This document shows, piece after piece, positions 8,847-17,166 of a stretch of DNA of 40,117 nucleotides; the stretch's first letter is position 1; every line of letters starts with the position of its first letter. Below the pieces are notes generated by a model. That model saw only the letters and a list, made by a program, of their open reading frames with translations, was not told the origin of the DNA and ran no database searches. The stretch is taken from positions 1 through 40,117 of the forward strand of contig CAZVGQ010000001.1 in the NCBI GenBank assembly GCA_964626775.1, in the 5' to 3' direction. A program made the position numbers and the translations under genes. This stretch comes from an uncultured Smithella sp. Lineage in GTDB: Bacteria > Desulfobacterota > Syntrophia > Syntrophales > Smithellaceae.

Positions 8847-9652
8847 ATTTTCTCCTTTACCGATTGTAAAAACGCCAGAACGGCTTGATTGAACGGTTCA
8901 CTGTCTTCGATAAAAAAACAATGCCTCAGGGCTGGAAACATTTTCAGATGCGCATGAGGCATCAGCTCTTTTAAAATCACGGAATTTTGCGGCGGAATGA
9001 GCGGATCATCCTCTCCGGACAAAATCAGTGTCGGCGCTTTGACCAAGGAGATGCGGTTGACCGTATCATGCTTCTGGCAGGCGTTGAACTGTTGTACAAA
9101 CGCCTCCGCCGGCTGGTACCAGCGCATGGAAAGCTCGCTGAAGATCCTGACCTCCTCAGGGTGGTTGCGGATAAATCGATCGGAGAAAAAAATATCCATA
9201 TTCTTTTGAAGGATTTCCTCCGGGGTCAGCCCTTGTATATCCGCAAATTTTTCCGCCCGGTCTGCGCTCATGGTCACGGCGCGGGTCCCGCCGGCGCCTG
9301 TGGATACCAGCGTCAGACTGTCGACCATGTGTGGATGGCTAATGGCCAGCTCCTGGGCGATATAACCTCCCATGGAATAACCGAGAATGTGAGCGTGTTT
9401 AATGCCCAGAGAGCGCATCAATCCGGCCGTATCATCGGCAAATTGCTCGATGCTGTATTCACCCGCCGGTTTGTCGGTTCGCCCGGACCCGCGATTATCG
9501 AACACGATCACCTGGTAATGCGCCGACAGATCCGGCAATTGTTTGTACCACCATTCAATGTTGCGGCGAATGCCCATGATGAGCAACAGGGGTTCGCCGC
9601 TCCCGTGAATTTCGTAATATATATTGATCCCGTTGACATTTTGTTGGGGCAT
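8843..9652 (-). CDS. alpha/beta hydrolase (esterase or C-C hydrolase type)
   Basis: NGINIYYEIHGSGEPLLLIMG and a GYSMGG nucleophile elbow. I chose the start at ATG 9652, 2 nt after the upstream gene's TAA. The longer ORF would overlap that gene. Confidence 0.8.
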   Translation of the reverse strand: MPQQNVNGINIYYEIHGSGEPLLLIMGIRRNIEWWYKQLPDLSAHYQVIVFDNRGSGRTDKPAGEYSIEQFADDTAGLMRSLGIKHAHILGYSMGGYIAQELAISHPHMVDSLTLVSTGAGGTRAVTMSADRAEKFADIQGLTPEEILQKNMDIFFSDRFIRNHPEEVRIFSELSMRWYQPAEAFVQQFNACQKHDTVNRISLVKAPTLILSGEDDPLIPPQNSVILKELMPHAHLKMFPALRHCFFIEDSEPFNQAVLAFLQSVKEKI

Positions 9653-9653
9653 T

Positions 9654-10892
9654 TTAGTCCTCGATTTTGATCCAGACTTTTTTGTTGTTGCTTTTCGCCA
9701 GTTTTTTGTCCTTCTCAAATTCCTGCTGTGTTTTTTGCCACCAGAAGAATTCCTGAGGAACGGTGAATTTTCCGTTTTTGACCATGGTGACCCTGGAGGT
9801 CTGCATGAAGCGCCCCTTCTCCGTCAGCCCGTAGTTTTCCAGAACAAATTTATCGCCCGTTTGCGGGAAGGCTTTGGGAAACGCGGCGCGGATGGCATGA
9901 ACATCCGTTGCCGTTCCCGCGATGGTCATGGCTTTGGCCAGAGCATGAACGGCGCCATAGTTGGTCAGAACGTCGTAGGTATAGGGTCTTTTGTAGCTGG
10001 CGCTATAGGATTTACCGAACGTTTTGCTGGCGGGAACATCGATCATCGACGGCGGGGCCACACCGATGGTTCCTTCCATCAGTTTGACGTCCTTCAAAAT
10101 CGAGGCGATGATTTCCGGTTTGGCTTGCTCCATCAGGACAAAATTTCCTTTAAATCCCATGTTTCTGGCCTGTTCAATCACCAGCGCGGTCGGCGCCGTC
10201 GGTCCACCGGCCACAATGATATCGGGTTTCGTCGCCATGATGGCTGTCAGTTGAGACGAGAAATCCGTTTCCGTATAGTAATTTGCCGGTTTGTCGAGTG
10301 TGATCACACCGCCTTTCTTTTCCCAGTAAGCTTTGAATGCACCCTTCCATTCGTCGCCATAACCACCCACGGTGACCAGCAATCCGGCGCTCCGTGCTCC
10401 CTGCGCCCAGGCCATCTCGGCTTCAGGGTAAACATAACTTAAAAGTGTTGTGGTGATAATCAATCGCAAGCTGTTGGGAATTTGGACGGCCCTGGGGCTG
10501 GTCGTATACCCCATCACCAGAAATTCGTTGTTTTTTTCTTCGTTGACCTTCAACAGGGCGGAGATCGTAATAAAGGCCGGATTGAACACAGCAACGGCGC
10601 CGTTGGACCGCAAACGTCGTGCATTATTGACCGTCTGCACGGGGTCAATACGATCATCCATTCTTTCGAGCTTAAACGTATGAGGCACGCCGGAAACCTT
10701 AAAACCTCCGGCAGAATTAATTGCATTGACGGCCATTTCAATGCCGTTGAAACAATCCTGACCATATTCCGCCGCCGGACCGCTCAAAGGTCCTGTGAAT
10801 CCGATCAGCACTTCTTTGGCATGGCTTGCCGGAGCTGCAAAGAGCATAACAAAAAAACCCAACAACACAATGACTCCCTTTAATTTTCTCAT
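9654..10892 (-). CDS. ABC transporter substrate-binding protein (type 1 periplasmic-binding fold, Liv/Bra-like)
   Basis: A signal peptide (MRKLKGVIVLLGFFVMLFAAPASHA) followed by IGFTGPLSGPAAEYGQD, typical of Leu/Ile/Val-binding-protein family members. Confidence 0.85.
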   Translation of the reverse strand: MRKLKGVIVLLGFFVMLFAAPASHAKEVLIGFTGPLSGPAAEYGQDCFNGIEMAVNAINSAGGFKVSGVPHTFKLERMDDRIDPVQTVNNARRLRSNGAVAVFNPAFITISALLKVNEEKNNEFLVMGYTTSPRAVQIPNSLRLIITTTLLSYVYPEAEMAWAQGARSAGLLVTVGGYGDEWKGAFKAYWEKKGGVITLDKPANYYTETDFSSQLTAIMATKPDIIVAGGPTAPTALVIEQARNMGFKGNFVLMEQAKPEIIASILKDVKLMEGTIGVAPPSMIDVPASKTFGKSYSASYKRPYTYDVLTNYGAVHALAKAMTIAGTATDVHAIRAAFPKAFPQTGDKFVLENYGLTEKGRFMQTSRVTMVKNGKFTVPQEFFWWQKTQQEFEKDKKLAKSNNKKVWIKIED

Positions 10893-10950
10893 AATCCTTT
10901 CCTTTCTTTTGAAATGTAATGTTTGTTAACCCGTTTGAATCTGCAAAATG

Positions 10951-12246
10951 CTATTGTCTGTAAATCTCTTTAAATTCCCGCTTTAAGTCTTCTCTGAATT
11001 CAGGAGCCGCGATTTTTGACAGGGCTTCCACGCGTTCCCTGACGGTTTTCCCCCAAATGTTGGCAATTCCATATTCCGTGACAATGTAATCTACTTCGGC
11101 ACGCGTCGTGGTAACAGCCTGGCCTCTTTCAAAGGCTGCCACAATCCTCGATTTTGTGCCGGACGCCGCAGTAGCCGGCAAAGCAATCACACTCCTTCCC
11201 CCTGATGAAATTCTACAGCCTCTCACAAAATCAACTTGTCCTCCAACACCGCTATACTGAACGGGACCGATGGCATCTGCCGCAACCTGTCCCAACAGGT
11301 CAACGGCCACCGCTGAATTAACGGAAAACATGTTGTCGTTTCTTCCAATAACGTAAGGATTGTTGGTATAATCAACAGGATGCATCTCAATCATGGAATT
11401 CTCATGCATCCACTCATAGAGCTGGTCGCTCCCCAGGGCGAATGTAAAAATCATTCTGCCGCGATGGAAGTTCTTTTTCCGGCAGGTGATGATCCCTTTT
11501 TCAACGAGATGCATCACCCCGTCAGAAATCATTTCCGAATGGATGCCGAGGTCATGCTTTCCTTCTATAAATCTCAATATGGCATCCGGAATCTGGCCAA
11601 ATCCCAGCTGCAGACAGTCGCCGCTTTTAATTAATGTGGCCACATTAGACGCAATAGCTTCTTCCACCGGCCCAATGTTGGGCGACGGAAGCGGCAACAT
11701 GGGACGATCACTGACAATAAAGTGACCGATCTGTGAAACATGCAGAAAAGTGTCTCCATAGGTTTTCGGCATGAAGGGCGAAACTTCCGCAATAACCTTT
11801 TTGGCATTTAAAGCCGCGGCCAGGGAATAATCCACGGAGATGCCCAGGCTGACGTTCCCCACTTTATCGGGCAGCGATACCGAAATCAGGGCAACGTCAA
11901 TCGGCAGAACGCCTCTACGAATTAATGAGGGATAGTCGCTGAGGAATGCCGCCGTGAAATCAGCACGATCCTCTCTTATGGCCTGCCTTTGCGTAGGTCC
12001 GGCAAACATGGCATTATGTCGAAAAGAATTCTGATATTCAGGACGACAATATAAACTTTTGCCATAAGATACCATGTGCACGATTTCTACGTTCTGGAGT
12101 TCATGAGCTCGTTTGACCATCGCGTCATAAACCGGTTCAGGCGTGCCTCCGCCGGTTCCTGAAATGATTCGATCCCCCGACTTGATCAAATGTGCTGCTT
12201 CTTCTACGGTGATTGCTCGTTCACGGATGTATTGGTTCCAGTCCAT
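10951..12246 (-). CDS. acetyl-CoA hydrolase/transferase family protein, 4-hydroxybutyrate CoA-transferase-like
   Basis: Typical length (~431 aa) and motifs: GIHSEMISDG (candidate catalytic Glu), SGVGGQVDF (GxGGxxD) and YIVTEYGIANIWGK. ATG 12246 lies 7 nt after AGGAG. Confidence 0.8.
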   Translation of the reverse strand: MDWNQYIRERAITVEEAAHLIKSGDRIISGTGGGTPEPVYDAMVKRAHELQNVEIVHMVSYGKSLYCRPEYQNSFRHNAMFAGPTQRQAIREDRADFTAAFLSDYPSLIRRGVLPIDVALISVSLPDKVGNVSLGISVDYSLAAALNAKKVIAEVSPFMPKTYGDTFLHVSQIGHFIVSDRPMLPLPSPNIGPVEEAIASNVATLIKSGDCLQLGFGQIPDAILRFIEGKHDLGIHSEMISDGVMHLVEKGIITCRKKNFHRGRMIFTFALGSDQLYEWMHENSMIEMHPVDYTNNPYVIGRNDNMFSVNSAVAVDLLGQVAADAIGPVQYSGVGGQVDFVRGCRISSGGRSVIALPATAASGTKSRIVAAFERGQAVTTTRAEVDYIVTEYGIANIWGKTVRERVEALSKIAAPEFREDLKREFKEIYRQ

Positions 12247-12272
12247 CACTAACTCCTATTGGCCTTTTCTTG

Positions 12273-12983
12273 TTAAACACCCAGGTATGTCTTCATGATA
12301 TCCGGCCGCCTTTTTAGTTCCAGAACACTGCCCTGCCACAGTACATGACCCTTTTCGAGGATGTAGACGCGGTCTGATACATTAAGCGCGAAACTGGAAT
12401 TTTGTTCGGAGAGAAGAATCGTCAACCCTTCCTTCTTGAGTTCCATAATTTGATCTTCAATCATCTGGGTGACCATGGGCGCGAGACCTTCGGAGGGTTC
12501 GTCGAGCAGCAGCAATAAAGGATTTCCCATCAAAGTACGGGCAATCGTGAGCATCTGCTGTTCGCCTCCTGAAAGCGTGCCTGCCCATTGGCCGCTGCGC
12601 GTTTCCAGAACCGGGAACAGGCGATGCACTTTCTCCATTGTCCAGTTGAGGCTCTTTCTGCTTTTCGGACTGTCCTTCATGGCGATTTCGAGGTTTTCAC
12701 GTACGGTCAGATTGGAAAATATTTCCCGATCTTCAGGCACAAATCCCACGCCGAGGCGGGCGATTTTGAAGGGCGGCTTGCTGGTGATTTCAGTTCCCAG
12801 GAACTTGATGTGGCCGGACTGTGGATGCGTAAGCCCCATAATGCTGCGAAAAGTTGTTGTCTTTCCCACACCATTGCGCCCCAGCAGACACACCGTCTCA
12901 CCTTCATGAACCTCCATGGAAACATTGAATAAAATATGACTCAGATCATAGTAAGTGTTGATCTCACGAATTTCTAATAGCAT
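12273..12983 (-). CDS. ABC transporter ATP-binding protein (LivF-type)
   Basis: Walker A GRNGVGKTT, signature LSGGEQQ and Walker B LLLLDEP. Its start overlaps the upstream stop by 1 nt. Confidence 0.9.
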   Translation of the reverse strand: MLLEIREINTYYDLSHILFNVSMEVHEGETVCLLGRNGVGKTTTFRSIMGLTHPQSGHIKFLGTEITSKPPFKIARLGVGFVPEDREIFSNLTVRENLEIAMKDSPKSRKSLNWTMEKVHRLFPVLETRSGQWAGTLSGGEQQMLTIARTLMGNPLLLLLDEPSEGLAPMVTQMIEDQIMELKKEGLTILLSEQNSSFALNVSDRVYILEKGHVLWQGSVLELKRRPDIMKTYLGV

Positions 12984-13726
12984 CAGTGATTTCCCTCCCC
13001 CAGATAAATTCTCTGCACTTCACTGTTATTGCGGACGCTCTGTGGCGTTCCGCTGAAAATCACCGCGCCTTGATGCAAAACAATGATTTTGTCGGATATC
13101 CCGAAGACGACCTTCATATCGTGTTCCACAAAGATTAGTGTCAATCCCCGTTCCCTGACTAGTTTCTGAATGAGTTGAGTGGTTTCTTCCGTTTCCTGCG
13201 GGCTCATCCCCTGTGTGGGCTCATCGAGCAACAATAAGGAAGGATTCGTTGCCAGTGCAATGCCCATTTCCAGACGCTTCTGATCCCCATGCGCCAGAAG
13301 ACCTCCTTTGAAATGCTTTTTGTTCAGGAGTCCCACACTGTCCAGAATGGCTTCCGTTTCAGAAACGACCATTTTTTTGGCATTGGAAAAAAGCAGGTGA
13401 CTTTTACCCGTGGCGGAAAGGATGGCCACTTGAATGTTTTGAAAGGTAGTCAGCTTGGAAAAAATGTTGATGCGCTGGAACGAACGGCCTATCCCCATGC
13501 GCGAAATCAAATGAGGCGCAATGCCGGTGATGTTCCTGCCACGAAAAAAAACGTTTCCGGAATCAGGAACAATATGTCCGGTGAGGAGATTGAACAAGGT
13601 TGTTTTTCCCGCCCCGTTGGGTCCGATGACGGACACGAGTTCTTTTTCCTGAATTTGGAAGCTGATGTCGTTGGTCGCGGTGATGCCGCCGAATTTCTTG
13701 ATCAGATTGTTCGCTTCAAAAATCAT
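12983..13726 (-). CDS. ABC transporter ATP-binding protein (LivG-type)
   Basis: Walker A GPNGAGKTT and Walker B LLLLDEP. The start MIFEANNLIKKFGG is at 13726, in an ATGA overlap with the permease stop. Confidence 0.9.
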   Translation of the reverse strand: MIFEANNLIKKFGGITATNDISFQIQEKELVSVIGPNGAGKTTLFNLLTGHIVPDSGNVFFRGRNITGIAPHLISRMGIGRSFQRINIFSKLTTFQNIQVAILSATGKSHLLFSNAKKMVVSETEAILDSVGLLNKKHFKGGLLAHGDQKRLEMGIALATNPSLLLLDEPTQGMSPQETEETTQLIQKLVRERGLTLIFVEHDMKVVFGISDKIIVLHQGAVIFSGTPQSVRNNSEVQRIYLGEGNH

Positions 13727-14703
13727 AGTCCGTTTTCTTCCTTTCCGCCACTGAACCGGTCCGCCGCCCAAGCCAGCTTTTCATGAATAAAGCCGACGAT
13801 CCCGCTGCGCATGAATAAGACCAAAAACGCGATGATGATCCCCAGATAAAACATCCAGTAAGTTGTTCCTTTGGCAATGGTTTTGCTCAGGAAGATATAA
13901 ACCACGGAACCAACGATGGGTCCGGCAAAGCTGTGCAGTCCGCCGAGAAGACAGACGACAAGCATATCGGTGGATTTTGCCCAGTGTGCATAATCGGGAA
14001 AGACGCTGCCCGCAAAAACGCAGTAGAGCGAACCGGCGATGCCCAGAAAAATGCTGGAGATGACAAAGATGGCAAGCTGATAGCGGCGAACGGCCACGGA
14101 AATAAATTCCGTGCGCAGCGGGTTTTCGCGAATGGACTGAATGGTGATGCCAAAAGGAGAATGGACGATCTTCCAGATGATAAAAATGCAAATGAGCGTA
14201 ACGGCCAGAATGAAATAGTAAGACTGAATGATGGAGGACACATAGTCGGGAATGGGAACGCCGATGATGCCGTTGTCGCCGTTGGTGAAATCGTACCACT
14301 GAAAAATCACAGTCCAGATGATTTGGGCAAAGGCCAGCGTCAAAAGCGCGAAGTAAACCGCATTGCGGCGGACGCAAAACCATCCCACCGCAACGCCGAC
14401 GAGTCCCGCCATGACCGGCGCCGCAAGAAACGCGGCGGGCAAAGGCATGCCGTAACGCGACAGAAGAATCGCGGTCGTGTATGCGCCCACGCCGTAAAGT
14501 CCCGCGGGCCCGAAGGACACCATCCCGCCGTAGCCGACGATCAAATTCAGCGCGCAGCCGGCCAGCGCCATGATCAGCATTTCTATGATTAGACTGATCC
14601 AGCTTTTGGAGACGACCAATGGCGCTGCGATCAACAAAACAATGACGGCCAAAACCAGCCAGATACCGGCCGTGCGTAATTTGGCAAATAACGGTGTATA
14701 CAA
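13723..14703 (-). CDS. branched-chain-amino-acid-type ABC permease (LivM-type)
   Basis: A polytopic membrane protein with LivM-like length and composition. It sits between a LivH-type gene and a LivG-type gene. TTG start. Confidence 0.85.
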   Translation of the reverse strand: MYTPLFAKLRTAGIWLVLAVIVLLIAAPLVVSKSWISLIIEMLIMALAGCALNLIVGYGGMVSFGPAGLYGVGAYTTAILLSRYGMPLPAAFLAAPVMAGLVGVAVGWFCVRRNAVYFALLTLAFAQIIWTVIFQWYDFTNGDNGIIGVPIPDYVSSIIQSYYFILAVTLICIFIIWKIVHSPFGITIQSIRENPLRTEFISVAVRRYQLAIFVISSIFLGIAGSLYCVFAGSVFPDYAHWAKSTDMLVVCLLGGLHSFAGPIVGSVVYIFLSKTIAKGTTYWMFYLGIIIAFLVLFMRSGIVGFIHEKLAWAADRFSGGKEENGL

Positions 14704-14714
14704 TTGATTTCCCC

Positions 14715-15593
14715 CTATTCCGGCTTACCCATGAGACCCCATGGACGCACGATTAAAATGATGATCATGAGCATGAAGGGAAAAGCCACGGCCAGTTTCG
14801 GCATCACCAGAATCCCAAAAGCATTGAGAAAACCCAGAATGACCGCACCGATAAAAGCGCCAGGCAGGCTTCCCAGACCGCCGATGACAACGATAATGAA
14901 GCATTCAATAATCACGTGCATATCCGCGCCCAGCGCCACAACCGACATGGGGGGCATCAAAGCACCGGCGAGCCCCGCAAGATAACAGCCCAGCATGAAA
15001 ACGCCGGTATAAACCCGGGGCACATTGATGCCCAGCGCGTTGGCCATATCGCGGTTCAGCGTGACGGCCCGTACAATCCGACCTAATTCGGTATAGCGCA
15101 TCAAAGCGAGCAAAGCGGCAAAAATGGCCATTCCGCAAATGATCAGGAAGATGTTGTAAATCGGGAATGACATACCCAGAAAGGCAATGCTTCCGGTCAG
15201 CGGCCAGGGGACGGCTATGGTTTTAAAGGAAACACCAAAAACGTATTTTAAAACGTCGCCAAAAATCAAAATCAGCGCGAAGGTCAATATGTACTGGTAG
15301 AGCATGTCCTGCGAATAGATGCGCCGAAGCAGCAGGACTTCAACAAATCCTCCCAGTACGGCCACCGTGATGGGGGCAAGAAGCAGAGCCCACCAGAAAG
15401 AACCGCCGGCGTTGGCAAACATGTTTGTGAAGGCAAAACACAAAAAGCTTCCCATCATGAAAAAGGTCCCGTGCGCCAGGTTCAGAATTTTCATGGTTCC
15501 GAAGATGAGGGATAACCCCGCTGCAATAAGAAACAAGACAAGCCCGACGCTGATTCCACTGATAAATTGACTGACAAACGACTCAATCGTCAC
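14715..15593 (-). CDS. branched-chain-amino-acid-type ABC permease (LivH-type)
   Basis: A LivH-like N-terminus (SGISVGLVLFLIAAGLSLIFGTMKILNLAHG). The GTG start is preceded by AAGGAGG. Confidence 0.85.
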   Translation of the reverse strand: MTIESFVSQFISGISVGLVLFLIAAGLSLIFGTMKILNLAHGTFFMMGSFLCFAFTNMFANAGGSFWWALLLAPITVAVLGGFVEVLLLRRIYSQDMLYQYILTFALILIFGDVLKYVFGVSFKTIAVPWPLTGSIAFLGMSFPIYNIFLIICGMAIFAALLALMRYTELGRIVRAVTLNRDMANALGINVPRVYTGVFMLGCYLAGLAGALMPPMSVVALGADMHVIIECFIIVVIGGLGSLPGAFIGAVILGFLNAFGILVMPKLAVAFPFMLMIIILIVRPWGLMGKPE

Positions 15594-15664
15594 TGACCCA
15601 ACCTCCTTCTGGCACAGGGCCCGGGATATGAATCTTTACCCCGGGCCCCGCAGGTCATCTGTAA

Positions 15665-16897
15665 TTATTTCGCGGCCCGGATTTTCTTGATCTGATCCAG
15701 GGTATGATATCCTTCTTCGCCGATCGGCGTGACCTTCACGACATGTGGGAAAGGAAGTTTCGAAGAATAATCCATAATGCCGTACCAGGTGGGCATCATC
15801 GCCTGATGGTCATAGGCCCGGATTTGGACTTTGCCGATCAGGGTATTCAGCGTCATGCCTTCCAATGCTTTGATGATTTTTTCAGTGTCGACCGCGCCGG
15901 CCTTTTCAATGCCTGCTTTCAAAGCGTAAATGCTGTTGTAATGATTCATGGCGCCATAAGAGGGCCATTGGCCGGTCTTGCTCTTGTATTTTTCCACAAA
16001 CGCTTTGCTTCGGGGATTGTCGATGGTCCAGAAGGGGTATCTGGTCGTGGCCAGCGCGCCCTTGGGAAAAGGACCGCCTTTGGTCACGGTGTACCAGGAT
16101 TCGATATCGCCCGCACAGGGCTGCACGGCCAGCATTTGGTCATAAAGACCGAAAGCCGCCGCCTGCTTGGTAAAGGCAAGTTCTCCACCGCCATAAACCG
16201 CTGCAAGGTAAAAAGCATCGGCCCCGGAATTTTTGATTTTGTTGATGTAAGCGGTATAATCGGTTGTTCCTAACGGGGCCCACAGTTCATCAATGATCTT
16301 GGCGTCGGGAACCAGTTCCAGGTATTTTTCCTTAAATTCTTTAAGCGCAGTTTTGCCGGTTTCATAGTCCCATCCGAGACTGATGATCTTCTTTACTTTT
16401 TTGGTCTTGGCCAGCGCGATTGCCGGAGCGTAGCCCCAGTATACGACGGAATTCGTCGCGATGCGGAAAATGTAGGGATGGAATACCTCTTCCGTCATCC
16501 GGGAAGACTGGGCATTGCTGGGCATGAAGATAATTTTTTCTTTTTTTGCGTAACTGGAAACAGCCATCCCTACTGCACTGCTGACCGTTCCAGTTAAGAA
16601 ATCCGCTTTTTCACTGATCACCAGATCCTTGGCCTCGCGCATGCCGACTTCAGGATTGGCTTTGTCGTCGCGTGTGATCATCTTGATAGGCCTGCCTAGA
16701 ATGCCGCCTGTGGCATTGATTTCCTCAATGGCGATACTGCCTCCTGCCTCCGAGCTGATTCCGTACATAGATAGAGCGCCACTCATGGAATGAATATGCC
16801 CGATAATAATAGGTTCCTTTTCTGCCGACTGCGACGAAAACACTAGGCCAAATACCGACAGCATAGCAACCGCCCATACAATGAGATGTTTTTTCAT
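15665..16897 (-). CDS. ABC transporter substrate-binding protein (type 1 periplasmic-binding fold)
   Basis: A signal peptide (MKKHLIVWAVAMLSVFGLVFSSQSA) and EEINATGGILGRPIK. GGAGG lies upstream of the ATG. This is the first gene of the apparent operon. Confidence 0.85.
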   Translation of the reverse strand: MKKHLIVWAVAMLSVFGLVFSSQSAEKEPIIIGHIHSMSGALSMYGISSEAGGSIAIEEINATGGILGRPIKMITRDDKANPEVGMREAKDLVISEKADFLTGTVSSAVGMAVSSYAKKEKIIFMPSNAQSSRMTEEVFHPYIFRIATNSVVYWGYAPAIALAKTKKVKKIISLGWDYETGKTALKEFKEKYLELVPDAKIIDELWAPLGTTDYTAYINKIKNSGADAFYLAAVYGGGELAFTKQAAAFGLYDQMLAVQPCAGDIESWYTVTKGGPFPKGALATTRYPFWTIDNPRSKAFVEKYKSKTGQWPSYGAMNHYNSIYALKAGIEKAGAVDTEKIIKALEGMTLNTLIGKVQIRAYDHQAMMPTWYGIMDYSSKLPFPHVVKVTPIGEEGYHTLDQIKKIRAAK

Positions 16898-17066
16898 GGT
16901 TTATTCCTCCGTTTTGAAGATGCTTGTTCATTGGTCAAAAAGGCAACCAATGACGGCACTAAAATATATAATTAAAATTGCTAGACAATATGGATGATGT
17001 TTATTAATAACTTACTTTATTTTGTAATATAATGAGGACGATAGTCGATGTTTAATGCATGATATA

Positions 17067-17092
17067 TTACATAAACTTACATAATAATGTAA
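17067..17092. promoter_or_regulatory. phased TTACAT repeats (candidate operator) in the AT-rich region upstream of the transporter operon
   Basis: TTACAT occurs at 17067-17072 and 17077-17082. Its inverse, ATGTAA, occurs at 17087-17092. All three are at 10-bp spacing and lie inside a 9-bp inverted repeat, ATATTACAT (17064-17072) / ATGTAATAT (17087-17095). Confidence 0.3.
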
Positions 17093-17166
17093 TATTTTGC
17101 TCTGGGCATGGGGAGCTTATGAGTTGGTTGGAAAATTCGATGAGCAGGTTGTTTTAAGAAACTAGC

